This document shows, piece after piece, positions 40,002-52,679 of a stretch of 64,000 nt of DNA. A program made the position numbers and the translations under genes. This DNA comes from Malacoraja senta. Lineage: Eukaryota. The stretch is taken from the NCBI GenBank assembly GCA_038087875.1, contig CM075995.1, forward strand, positions 1,056,001 to 1,120,000, read 5' to 3'. Position 1 is the stretch's first letter. Each line of letters begins with the position of its first letter. The notes under the pieces were generated by a model, which worked only from the letters and a program-made list of their open reading frames with translations, searched no databases and had not been told where the DNA came from.

Positions 40002-40411
40002 TTGTACGGGTTATTTTCACTGGTCACTCTTGATGCAAAGTCTTGATCTAAAACAATGCCAATTTTCACCCCCCTCCCCCATAGATGCTGCTCAGCCCAC
40101 TTAGTTGCTCCAGCAGTTTGCCTTTTGCTGCAGATTCCAGCATCTGCAGTCTCTGCCTTCTTTCTTTCCTTTGTTCCTCACCTCCCCCTGGTGGTAAGCC
40201 AGCATTATGACAATCCAAAACAGACAGATATAATACATTGCACAGCTGATCTACGTATACCAAAATGAGCAACTGATCAATGGGTTAAGGCTATGTGCAT
40301 TGATTGTTTTTGTTTTGTGAGTGTGCCCTTTGGTGATTCCAGGTGTGGCTGTATTATTTGTCAGGGAAAAAAGCCAAGTACAGTTAAACTAATTAGTAAT
40401 GCATTGTACAC

Positions 40412-40550
40412 CAAGTCTGAAGAAGGGTCTCGACCCGAAACGGCACCTATCCATGCTCTCCAGAGGTGCTGCGCTGACCGGTTGAGATACTCCAGCATTT
40501 TGTGTGCTTTTGTGTAATAACCAGCATCTGCAGTTCCTTGTTTTTACACC
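40412..40550 (+). mobile_element. Penelope pLTR fragment starting at the hammerhead-like motif
   Basis: ctgaagaagggtctcgacccgaaacggcacc at 40417-40447 with a perfect GGGTC/GACCC stem; flanked by tacacc on both sides. Confidence 0.8.
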
Positions 40551-41679
40551 TAATTTTATCATGCGTTAACATAGGCAAAAACAAGTGCCTGCTTAAAAGT
40601 TCACTTGGCATGCTGGTTGGTAACATTTCTTCAGGTACATTGCAAGTTTCCAAATGAAACAGTATTTTATTTATTGTTGATTTATTTGCCAGTGAAAAAA
40701 AAAATAATCGTCCAGAGAAACCACACTCTTTGGAGTTTGTCCCATGAGGCAAATGGTTAGTTTTGTGTAATGTTGTTCAGGAGGCTCATTGAAAATTAAA
40801 GGAATAGGAAACATCGCTCTTTTTTTTCTATTATGCTGTGCTCATCCATGGTGACTGGATGAGGGTGGAACATGTCAGCTGGTGCAGTAGAACAAAAACT
40901 TGCACATGCCCAAATCAAATATTTTTGCTAACTTCATGCAACTCATCTGTGATTCTAGGTCATTTGGTTGACAAAAAGAAGAGGAAATTGGCATGCTAGT
41001 TTAAAAAAAATATTTTCCCAGATGTTGAACTGCTCTCAGTCACTCCGATCCTGACTAATTCCTGCAAAATGCAGTAGCAACCTAAATATCTCAGTACTTG
41101 CTGTAAATATTTGTGAGTAAAAATTAGAGCTTTGTTTGGAGGCAGATAAATGCAACAAAATTCACAACTCAATATAGCGCATGGGACATTTGATGAATGA
41201 GTTAAGGCTCTCTAGATGCATTACTGTTTTTCTTTAATGGGCATGATCTTTGATGATGCCGATATGATTGTACTGTTTTCAGAGGAAAAAGCTAAGTACA
41301 GTTAAACTAATTAGTAATGTACAGCACACCAAACTTACCATGAATTAATAATGAGAAAGCAAGTTCCTGCTTAAAAAGAATTGGGTTGGTAACATTGCTT
41401 AAGTTGTATAGCAATTCTCCAGATTTTAGTGTTTCAATGCCAGTAAAATAGCATTTAACTCTAAATAAGAAAAGCGGAAAGTGGCAGTGCACCTGGAATG
41501 TCACAGAAGAAACGCTAAAATTTAGAGACCTATATTAATTAAATGATTAAATGGGATCCTGCATCAGTCTTGAAGAACAGGTTTAATACCAGAATATGGA
41601 GAGGGGTTGGGGGTAAGGGTGGATTAATTCTACTAGTGTATCTGTGCAAGAAACACAATGGCATTACATTTTTTTTAAA

Positions 41680-42260
41680 CTGCAGGCGCTGGAAATCTGA
41701 AACAAAAAGGGAATATTGTTGCAAACACTCGCAGGTCAGGCAACATCTGTGTAAAGAGATACAGATTTAATATTTAGGTTTAAGACCAGACTGCGTAACT
41801 GGAAAAAGAGAAATATGTTCGTTTTCAGGTGCAGAGGTGGGGGGAGAGATGGGTTGAACAAAGGGAATCTCCCTGATAGGATGAGACCAAATGAGTTCAC
41901 GTAGCAATTAGGATCAGATAATGTTGCTTTGTCTGTGTTATGTGTTGCTCATAGCAAAGCGGTGAAATGTACCAAGCAGACTAGACTACACAAGTAAAAA
42001 GAGAAAAAGGAAACCAAAATTATGACTGGCAGTTCTGACACAGTCGGAGTGAGTTACCTAAAGTTGGTGACTTTGATATTGATTCTGGAAGGTTGCAATG
42101 TGCTCAAAAATAGATGAGCTGTTCTTCAAACTTGTAGTGGGCCTCATTGTAACAGCTCATGGATAGATTAATCAAAGTTGGAGTGGGCTGGAAAATTGAA
42201 GTTGCAGCTAGAAGCTTAGGGGCATTCCTGTGGACCGAATAGAGGTGCTCAGCAAAGCAA
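41680..42260 (-). mobile_element. Degraded Penelope-like fragment
   Basis: - strand ..YKFEEQLIYF and pLTR-like tgcaggcgctggaaatctga..ggcaacatctgtg. Confidence 0.55.
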
Positions 42261-43036
42261 AAGTCAATTTTGTCTATTTCCCACAGGTCTGCTGTCATCC
42301 CTTCAGTCCAATTCTAGGAATTGTATTAGTGTATTTCTCATTCCTTGGTAAAGATGATAAATTTTAGGTCCAATCGTCCAAAGTCTCAGATATCATTTGA
42401 GTTTCCATTTTGAGGAACATATGTGGACTAGATGAACGACTTCAGTGTGCCTTGGTCATTTATAAGTTTACCTAGTAATATGTAACTCAGTCACTCAATC
42501 TTTCCGACTGTCAGAACGGGATGTCAGCTCTCTTTATGTGGTGACTCTTTGCGTACCTTGGATATGCAAAACAAAGAATATCACTGTGACTTGTCACGTG
42601 ACAATAAAGATTCATTCATTCATTCATTCAATTATAGTCATGTATACAGTGAAAAGCTTTTGTTTGTGTGCTATCAGTCAAAGAAAAACCTATACATGAA
42701 TACAATCAGGTTATCCACAATGCACAGGTAAAGGTTTTACTGGGAGCACTATGCCTGGAAAACCATTCATCTTTTGGCAGGTGGAGGCTGGCCTCAAGAC
42801 TGAAATCCCAGATTTCAGAACATTGCCAGTCATTCCACTGCGGGCATAGTTTTGGTTGGCAACCATGTGCATTTTTGTGTGATGTTCTTAGGATTATATC
42901 CGATATACTTCAATCATGTAATGGATTCTTGTGCAATGGTGCTAATTTTTTGTTGATCATAGATTTTAAAACGGAGTCCTGCAAAGCTTTAAGAATGATG
43001 AATGTATTTAATTTACAACTATTTAATTCTCTACAG

Positions 43037-43191
43037 GCACATGCACAGCTGGTTCGTGAGATTGATGTAGAAAAGGTGACAATCTTGGAAAACCCTTACG
43101 TGGATGCAATAAAATGTTTATGGGTGGACCCAGGCATCCAGGAATCCTATGACCGAAGGAGAGAGTACCAGTTGTCGGATTCTACTAAATA
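43037..43191 (+). CDS. GNAQ: G protein alpha-q, coding exon 3 (155 bp)
   Basis: Acceptor ttctctacag| and donor TA|gtaagt. Translates [51 protein letters not shown](Y), matching vertebrate Gq exon 3; [17 protein letters not shown] and SDSTKY point to GNAQ rather than GNA11/14. Length and phase 0/2 fit the known gene structure. Confidence 0.95.
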
Positions 43192-43342
43192 GTAAGTTTA
43201 TAAATCTAATTGTTTTCACAATGAAATATGTTTTCCACAAACAATATTTTTCATTTAAGGCGGGAACAAAGATCTACGCTCCGGGTGTGCAAGCAGTTAT
43301 TTCTATGTGATGTAATGTAGATTTTTTTTTTTATCTGTAGAG

Positions 43343-44800
43343 ATATGTAAATCCCCTGGGCCTGATGGTCTGCATCCCAGAGTACTCAAGGAGGTGGCCC
43401 TAGAAACCGTGGACGCATTGGTGATCATTTTCCAATGTTCTCTCGACTCTGGATCAGTTCCTGTGGACTGGAGGGTAGCCAATGTAACTCCACTTTTTAA
43501 GAAAGGAGGGAGAGAAAATGAGGAATTAAAGGCCAGTTAGCAGTACAACGGTAGTGGGGAAGATGCTTGAGTCAATTATTAAAGATGTTATAGCAACGCA
43601 TTTGGAAAGCGGTGACAGGATCGGTCAAAGTTAGCATGGATTTATGAAATGGAAATCATGCTTGACTAATCTGGAATTTTTTGAGGGTGTAACAAGTAGA
43701 ATGAATAAGGGAGAGCCAGTGGATGTGGTGTATCTGGACTTTCAAAAAGCCTTTGACAAGGTCCCACACAAGAGATTAGTGTGCAAAATTAGAGCACATG
43801 GTATTAGGGGTAGGGTATTGACATGGATAGAGAACTGGTTGGCAGACAGGAAGCAAAGAGTAGGAATTAACGGGTCCTTCAGAATGGCAGGCAGTGCCGC
43901 AAGGCTCGGTGCTGGGACCCCAGTTATTTACAATATATATTAACGATTTAGACGAGGAAATTAAATTTGACACCTCCCAAGTTTGCGGATGACACCAAGC
44001 TGCAAGGATAATGCCATGAGGCTGCAGGGTGACAGATAGGTTGGGTGAGTGAGCAGATGCATGGCAGATGCAGTATAATGTGAATAAATGTGAGGTTATC
44101 CACTTTGGTGGCAAGAACAGGAAGGCAGATTATTATCTGAATGGTGTCAGATAAGGGAAAGGGGAGGTGCAACGAGACCTGGGTGTGCTTGTACATCAGT
44201 CACTTAAAGTAAGCATGCAGGTACGACAGGCGGTGAAGAAAGCTAATGGCCTGTTGGCCTTCATTGCGAAAGGATTTGAGGAAGGACACTAATGCTATTG
44301 AGGGTGTGCAGCGTAGGTTCACCAGGTTAATTCCCGAGATGGTGGGACTGACATATTAGGAAAGAATGGGTCGACTGGGCTTGTATTCACTGGAATTTAG
44401 GATGAGAGGGCATCTTATAGAAACATATAAAATTCTTAAAGGATTGGGCAGGCTAGATGCAGGAAAAATGTTCCCGATGTTGAGGGAGTCCAGAACCAGG
44501 GGTCACAGTTTAAGAATAAGAGGTATGCCATTTAGGACTGAGAAGAGAAAAATCATTTTTACCCAGAGAGTTGTGAATATGTGGAATTCTCTGCCACAGA
44601 AGGCAGTGGAGGCCAATTCACTGGATATTTTCAAGAGAGAGTTAGATTTAGCCCTTAGGGCTAAATGAATCAAGGGATATGGGGAAAAAGCAGGATCAGG
44701 GTACTGATTTTAGATGATCAGCCATGATCATATTGAATGGCGGTGCTGGCTAGTAGGGCCGAATGGCCTACTACTGTACCGATTTTTCTATGTTTCTATG
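43343..44800 (+). mobile_element. CR1 LINE, 5'-truncated with deletions
   Basis: KSCLTNLEFFE..VDVVYLDFQKAFDKVPH, SRTRGHSLRI, CR1 tail. Confidence 0.93.
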
Positions 44801-47179
44801 AGACAATAAACTGCAGATGCTACAGTGCTTGATGAACACAAAGTGCTTTATGTTCCTCTGTGTTTGAGATAACTGGTTACTCCATGGATTAAATGTATGA
44901 TGAACTTCAAGGCACAAAGGAGATTAAATACTGACAGACTGAAACAGCAATTTTCAAGTGTAAGCTTAATAATGTTCCATTAAATTTGTAACTTCATAGT
45001 CGCAAGCTCGTGAACTTAACTCATCCAATGTATTCTTTACCAGTTCCTTCACTTTCCATCTCCATCAGATTCAATATGTCAAGAACCCCATTGCCCACAC
45101 TGATTCACATTAATTCTCAATGGTCCATCATCTCAAGACATGAAATAAAATATTTCATCAAGGTTGGTAGATATCTTAATATACAATCACAATCTTTTTG
45201 ATTTCCGCTCCAAACAACTTGGAACCAAATGCACTTGCTTTTCCTTCAGTTCATGGGCATTATTCAGAGTAAAAATCTTTTTTTTTTTAAAGCACATGGA
45301 ATGTACTTTATGCATTGCATGGTGAGAAATATTAACTCTGGGGAATGGAGAATTATTCAATTTCTGAATTAGGTTACGGAAAGTATGGTTGAGATAACTA
45401 AATTCTCCCACAAGCTGAGCAAAGAATGCTGCACAGAGAGCAAGGAGGGAAAGTACAAACTGGTGCAGACTTTGCAGAGGCACGTGGGTCAGTTTGATAA
45501 GGAATTTTGGATTTGGACTAGGAAGTTAAAATTCAGAGTAATTCTAGTGTAGGATGATTGTGTAAGATGTTGAATCTGGCTTGCATTGAAGTTCATACAC
45601 CTGAAATTCCACACTGTAATTGTGGACTGCTTAATTCCATAGGAAAATGGAGGAGAGTTGATAGAATATATATGTTATGATTTTTAAAAGGAATGCAAGA
45701 CAAAAAGTCCTGGGGGTATACACACAGAATTTTTGAAGGTGGCAAGGAAAGTTGATTTTTTTTTTTAAAGGCATATTGATAAATTAAAGTATAGAATAAA
45801 CAAGAATTTATGCTAAATCTTTTTTTAAATCCTCTTTGGGACTTCAGCTGGATAATTATGACCACTTCTGGACGAATGTCATCCTAAACTAGAGTACAGG
45901 GGAAACTTCATAGATTGATAGCAGAAATTAGATGGAGAGGATGGGTAAATGAACATTATTAGCGTCAACAGGAAGAATTTTGATAAGATAATTAAGACTG
46001 TTTAGAATTGGAGGACATAAATGTAAAGTAAATGTCAAAAGAACCAGAAATTATTTGATGAAAAAAATGGTTTTGCAGAAAGTATGAAACTCACTACCTA
46101 ATGAGTCACTAGAAGGGCCATTGAGAATGTTCTCAAAAGGGAAGAATAGGGTAAAAGAAAAACTATAGGGTATAGGGCAGGGAACCAAAGCCAAAATCAT
46201 ATTAATCTTTTAACGAGCCAGCAGAAATAAATAGGCTAAATTATTGGCTTCTGTTATGTATTATTTTCCTATTTTTCATCCTGTAAGATGTGGCATCACT
46301 TCCAAGGCCCGTTTTTGTTGCCTATTCTAATTATATCACTAACCTTGGAAAGATACTGGTAAACCACCTTCTTAAATTGTAGTAGTTCTTTGGTAAAGGT
46401 GCTCCTATAATAGTGTTGAGTAGGGATTTGCAGGCTTTAGACCTAATTTCCATTATCACTAGTTTCATATTATCAAAAAGAAACACAAACACTCAAGGGA
46501 CAAAGGATGCAATCAATATATAGAACAGCACAGCACAGGAACAGTCCCTTCGGCCCATAATGCCCATACTTATGTTAAACGCCTCTGCCTGCACTTGATC
46601 CATATTTCTCTGTTCCCTGCATAACCACATGCCTATCTAAAAGCCACTCAAATGTCACTATTGTATCTGCCTCCATTCCTACCTCACACAGCCACCACTC
46701 TCTCTATGTAAAAAAAACTTTCCCTGCACATCTCCTTTAAACTTATCTGATATAATTCCACCCTGAGAAAAAGGTTCTAACTCTCTCCTATATCTATGTC
46801 TCGCTTCATTTTGTATACTTCTATCAGGTTTCTTCACAGAAAACAATCAAAGTTTGTTCAATCTGTCCAGGCAGGTTCACCCTCTAATCCAGGCAGCATT
46901 CTTTTAAATCTCTTTTATACTCCCCCCAAAGCATCCACGTCCTTCCTGTAATGGGGCGACCAGAACTGCACACAATACTCCCAATTCAGCCTAACCAAAG
47001 TCCTATAATGCTACAACATGACTTCCTGATCCTTGTACATCACTGCTTCAACCTATGAAGATGAGCAAACCATACACCATCTTTACCACACTAACAACTT
47101 GTGTTGCCATTATTAGGGAGCTATGGATTTGGATGCCTTTATACATTAAAGATGTTATGAGTCTTGTTATGATGTTATG

Positions 47180-49863
47180 AGAGCTCTCACAACTTTTTTT
47201 CCCTGTTGCCAGCTTGGCAGCTTTTTAGGTTGCCAAATGATAGTTTAGGTGGTCATTTAAGACGGCTTGCATGACGCGTGCGATAATGTGCTCGGACGAA
47301 GTGCGTAGTTACCAGTGGGAATTATGCTCAATGAAGCATTCACATATTATTTCTGCTTCAAATAAAGTCACAAACTAAACATTCACCAATCAAGACATGA
47401 TATATACCACAATGACATGCAGCAAAATTATAATACAGTATCTCAACTCTTTTTACACATTGCAATGAATGCAATTTCTATTATTTCTTTCCACTTCCAA
47501 ACAAAATTGTGGTTGGATTATTCAGCGTATGATCAACCTGTGTCAATAAATCCTGGACCATGGTAACATATATGCTTAACCATGCACACTACAGATTGAT
47601 GCAAGCATGTTTTCTGTGAAGGACCGAATATTATGACATGGCCATAGCATGGGTCGTTATTGGTATTGGTACAGAAACACTCTCGCTTTCTACATAATTT
47701 ATCTACAACAAAATATACAGGTTGCAAGGAAATTTCTAAAGGCATTTTATGATAATAGCTGTTAAAACCGACTATACCCATCTGACAGGTTAAACATTAC
47801 ACTAACTGACAACAGATGGCCAAAGGACATAACTGCAGCAAATGTTCTTTTGGCAATATGTTTAAAGATGTCAAAATTCCACATTACCGGACATTCAGAT
47901 TAGATGTATGTGTTGTGAACAGCAATGAAGATACCCAGTTTGTACGCACCAGATTTTAAATTATTAATAAACGCTGTTTCCGTCATTCCCACTTCAGAAT
48001 TAACTTAAAAATTAATTATCTCCTGACCAAATTTGTGATGTATATGACTGACTGTAGAAGTAACACCTGGATAAATCCAACATATAGTTGTGAATGTTGC
48101 TCATTAAATAACTACAGTATTAGTTATTTAGTTAAATAACTCCATATTAAGAGCATTGATTTGCTGTTAAAATGAATTCTGTAATACGTGTCAACGGTAG
48201 CAGTGACAATCGAACACAATTTAATGTTTCACGTGTTCACAATTTAATTAATCCATCTTTATGGATTAAAACAGATAATAACATTGGGAATTAAAACATA
48301 TTTGATAGCATTCCGTTATCAAGCAGTTAATGTTTGCTCTGAAGACACAGTAGGGTCAAGGTGGGGGGGGGGGGGTGAATCAGTGCGGGAAGGATAGATG
48401 GCGGGGGGGGGGGGGGTTGAGATGGCAATCGGTGTGGAATGGATGGATTGAGGCTGGGGAATTAGTGCGTGTTGGTTGGAGTAGGTAAAATTGTGAGGGG
48501 AGAGCGCGGGGGGTGTCAGTGGGGTTGAATGGGGGGTTCAGTACGGGATGGACGGGGGGATCTGTGCAGGATGGATGGGGGGAATCAGTGCAGGATGGAT
48601 GGGGAAGGATCAGCACAGGATGAATGGGGGGGTTAAATACAGGATGAATGGGGGGTTCAGTACAGTGGATCGGAGGGTCTGTGCGGGATGAATAGGCAGA
48701 TCACTACTGGATGAATGGGAGGAACACTACAGGATGGATGGGGATCAGTGCAGGATGAATGGGTGGATCAGTACAGGATGAATGAGGGGATCAGTACAGG
48801 ATGGATGGGGAGATCGGTGCAGGATAAATGGAGGAGGGGTCAGTACAGGATGGACTGCAAGATCAGTGCAGGATGAATGAAGGGATCAGTACAGGATGAA
48901 TGGGGGGTTCAATGAAAGATGAATGGGAAGATCACTACAGGATAGATGGGGGGGAGCAGTACAGGATGAATGGGTGGGAGCAGTGCAGGATGGATGGGAA
49001 GGGGGGTCAGTACAGGATGAATTGGGGGACCAGTGTAGGATGGATGGGGGGTGGCAGGAGAATCAATGCGAGGTGGATAGGGTGATCACTGCAGGATGAA
49101 TAGATGGGGGGGTAGATGGGGAGGGGAGCACAGGGGATGTCAGTGAGGACTGAATAGAGGCGGGAATGGGGATCAGTGTGGGATGGAGAGGGGTCCCAGG
49201 ATAAGGGGGTGGAGGGGGGCGTACAAGAGAGATAGAGAGAGAGAGGGGGGGGGTGGGAGGAAGGAAGGTCAGCGCTCCTCAGACAGCACCGGCATCATCG
49301 CCCCGCTGCCTTGGCCGTCCCTGTCCACTGCCAAGTGCCGCCTCCAAACGGGGAGGCAGTTGGGATCTCCTCGCCTCCGCCTCCCCTCCTCCGCCAGCCA
49401 ACAGGAAGGTGCAGGGCCGAGCGGTGCAGGTGCTTCAGACGGCGGAAGGGGGCCTCCCCCTTCCTCCCTACCTCCTTCCACCCGGCCTCGGAGAGGGTTT
49501 GTTTTGAAAGCGGTTATCGCCGTTGGCGGAGTGGCAAGCAGTGGCCGCTATCAAGGCGGGCGGGGTGCGGGAGGAGGAGGTGGAGCCGCTGTGCGGGGCC
49601 TGTCATTCGCTCCGACCCTCCGTCACCCGCACCTAGTATCTTTGCCCCGCACTACAGTCGCCGCCGCCGCTGACACGAAACATCACGTTCCTTTTCTCCA
49701 GAGATGCTGCCTGACCCTCTGAGTTACTCCAGTTTTTTGTGTCTATCTTCGGTATAAATCAGTATCTGCAGTGCCAAGCCGGGCAAAATGACTCAGCATT
49801 TAGGTTGCCCGGCAGCATTTTAGGTGGCCATTGGCACCCGGGCAACCGCTAATTTCGACCCCT
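47180..49863. mobile_element. Putative hAT-like non-autonomous DNA element with internal minisatellite
   Basis: Interrupts the CR1; subterminal taggttgcc / ggcaacc repeats at both ends; right end ..aatttcgacccctg; left TIR and TSD unclear. Confidence 0.45.
48360..49200. repeat. G-rich minisatellite, ~21-23-bp unit gatcagt(a/g)caggatg(a/g)atggggg
   Basis: Dozens of diverged tandem units visible directly. Confidence 0.9.
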
Positions 49864-50350
49864 GTATTAACTACATACTTTCCCCTTACATTCGACCTTC
49901 CAAAGACTAACAGCTCACACTTACTTGGATTAGATTGTATCTGCCATTTTTTTTTGCCTATTTCTGTAGCTAATCTATATCTCACTGTATGCTTCGACAG
50001 CCTTCCTCACTACCTGCAACTTCACCAATTTTGGTGTCATTTGTAAAATTGCGAAACAACACTTCTACATTTACGTTCAAGTCATTTTTATAGATATCAC
50101 AAACAACAGAGATCCTGGTATAGATTCCTGCAGAACTACACTGGTCACAGACTTCCAACCAGAATAACAACTTTCCACCACAGCCCTCCTTCATCTATGA
50201 GTAAGCCAGTTCTGAATCCAAATGACCAAGTCACCATGGACCTCATGCATCTTAATCTTCTGGATCAGCCTAACATGACGGACTTTATCAAATGTCTTAA
50301 TAATATTCGTGACGACAAGATCCACTACCTTGCTCTCATTGATCACCTTT

Positions 50351-50612
50351 GTCTTTGTCGAGAAAAACATTTTTTACACAGAGAGTGGTGAATCTCTGGA
50401 ATTCTCTGCCACAGAATGTAGTTGAGGCCAGTTCATTGGCTATATTTAAGAGGGAGTTAGATGTGGCCCTTGTGGCTAAAGGGATCAGGGGGTATGGAGA
50501 GAAAGCAGGTACAGGATACTGAGTTGGATGATCAGCCATGATCATATTGAATGGCGGTGCAGGCTCGAAGGGCCGAATGGCCTACTCCTGCACCTATTTT
50601 CTATGTATCTAT
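50351..50612 (+). mobile_element. CR1 3' tail inserted antisense into the older CR1
   Basis: gagagtggtgaatctctggaattctctgcc..cctactcctgcacctatttt(ctatgt). Confidence 0.88.
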
Positions 50613-51199
50613 GTCACCTCCTTAAAGAACTCAATCAAGTTTGTAGGACATGACAGCGCAGAAAAGCGGGTAAATCCTATCCCGAAGAATCCGCTTTCAT
50701 AGTTTCCCTACTATTCCCGACGTGAGGACGCCAGCTAAAATTTCCTGGATTATCTCTACTTCCCTTCTTAAACAAAGGAACAACATGGGCTACTCTGCAG
50801 TCCACTGGGACCTCGCCTACGAAGGTACAAGGATCTTTGTCAAGACACTCAGAATCTCCTTTCTTGCTTCTATCAATAATCTCGGAGGGATTAATGCTGT
50901 TCACGAACTCCAAATCCTCCCTGCCCTGGCATATTAGTATTCCCCATAGTGATATCATTGTCCTCCATGCCCGTCTCTTTGGTGAATATAAATACAGCGC
51001 ATTCGGTTAGTGCCTCGTCTACATCCTGTGACTCTGAGCACAAATTCCCTCTATAATGATTGATTGGTCCTACCTTCTCCCTGGTTGCTCTCTTGTTTTT
51101 AATGTACGTATAAAAAGCCATGTGTTTTTTATTAATCATACTCGCCAATGCCATTTCATAGCCCCTTTTGGCTCTATTGATTGCTAACTTGAGATCTTT

Positions 51200-51866
51200 C
51201 CAACTTGTGTCTCTCGGTATGTCTTATGTGGGGGGTGGTGGGGAGGGGTAAGAGGGAAACCGCTTTCGGCCGCCTCCTCCACGGAGAGGCGACTTTTTCC
51301 ATGTCACCTCCCTCGCAGCCTAACACCATGGATTGGAGCGGCCTTTCCCGGAGTTGGGCCCGGAGCATCGGCAGCAGGCGCGGCGTGGACTTTCCATTGC
51401 GGAGCGGGCGAACCCTTGCGGAGCGGGTCGCCAGAGAGGAGTGCTCTGATCGCTGGCCGTGTGACTTTGGCACCGTGGGGACTGTGGTCCGCGGAGCTTC
51501 TAGCCGTGGGCGGGGCGTGGACTTCCTGGGATCCCTCGCCGGAGAAGAGTTCCGACTGCCGGCTGCGGCCTATAACATCCTGAAGCCGCAGACTCTGGCA
51601 GGAAAGTGCCGAGTGTGTTCCACCGCCTGTACATCCGGCCGTCTGTAGCGGCGACTGCGGAGGGTCTATGGCCCCGACCACGGGTGAACAAAGGAGGAGG
51701 ACTGGCTGAACTTTGTTGCCTTCCACCACAGTGAAGAATGCTGTGGTGGATGTTTGCGTTACATTTTTATTGTGTATTGTGTGTTCTTTTTAAGTGTATC
51801 GCTGCTGGCAAATTCGTTTCACTGCATGGGATGTGCATGTGACGAATAAAATATACTTTGACTTTG
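51200..51866 (+). mobile_element. GC-rich non-autonomous retroposon copy
   Basis: gcctcctccacggagaggcgactttttcc shared with 7325-7360(-); hairpin 51722-51750; tail gtgacgaataaa..(actttg)n. Confidence 0.72.
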
Positions 51867-52322
51867 TATCTTCTAAACTTTCTTTCTAAACTTTACGTAC
51901 GCTTTTTTTTAACCAAATTTACAAACTGGGAAACCAAAGTTCCCTTAGCTTGACATCCTCATCCCTCCTCCTTACCGGAATATTTCTGTCCTAAATTCTT
52001 ATCAGCTGGCCTTTAAACGACTTTCACAAGTCAGATTTGGATTTGCGTAATAACAACTCCCTAGCTCCTGTCTAATAATGCAGCAATCTGCCTTACCCTA
52101 ATTTGTTTTGCTGCTGGTTCTGAGAGGACATGACAATTATGATGGCACGCTGGAGGAATGTAGTTTTTTCAGTGGGGTTTTCCATGCCAGTAATGAACAA
52201 CCAACTAGTGTGGAGTAATATGCTTGTGCCATACACATACACCAATCATACAGTTGGGGGTTGGAGTGAGGAAGAAATGCATGAAAATTACAAACACTGG
52301 GAAATGGTACTCAACAAAGTAG

Positions 52323-52660
52323 GGTCATAGAGATACAGCATGGAAACAGGCCCTATGGATCGCCAATTCTGTGCTAGCCATCAAACAGCCATTTAAATGA
52401 ATCCTGTAATTCGACTATTTATTCTCCCCACATTCTCATCAACTCCCCCCACATTCTAACACTCACCTTCACACAAAGGCAATTTACAGTGGCCAGTTAA
52501 TCTACCAACCCACACCACTTTAGGACGTGGAAGAAAATTAGAGCACCTGGAGGAAACACGTAGGGAGAGCAGACAACATTGCACACATGGAGGTCAGGAT
52601 TGAACTTGGATCTCTGATGCCGTGAAGCAGCAACTCGATCAAATGCACCACTGTGCTGCC
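52323..52660 (-). mobile_element. HE1-like tRNA-derived SINE with CR1 tail (older copy)
   Basis: - strand head ggcagcacagtggtgc..ttcaatcctgac, V-domain-like gtgtttcctccaggtgctc, tail ggcctgtttccatgctgtatctctatga. Confidence 0.75.
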
Positions 52661-52679
52661 TTTGTTGGAGCTGTAGTCT

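Larger units (their letters stand above)
46520..52100 (-). mobile_element. Old CR1 LINE fragmented by three later insertions
   Basis: Colinear - strand CR1 pieces at about 46520-47170, 49864-50350, 50613-51180 and 51866-52100. Confidence 0.7.

Noticed and set aside
1..43036. GNAQ exons 1-2 or another host gene
   Set aside because: No GTGESGKSTFIKQMRIIHG-coding or other non-TE exon found by eye; presumably upstream, though a small exon could have been missed.
42668..43192. 174-aa ORF as a complete protein
   Set aside because: Only 43037-43191 is exonic; the N-terminal part is intron read-through upstream of a clear acceptor.
48360..49200. CRISPR-like array
   Set aside because: Contiguous degenerate tandem units without unique spacers, in eukaryotic DNA.
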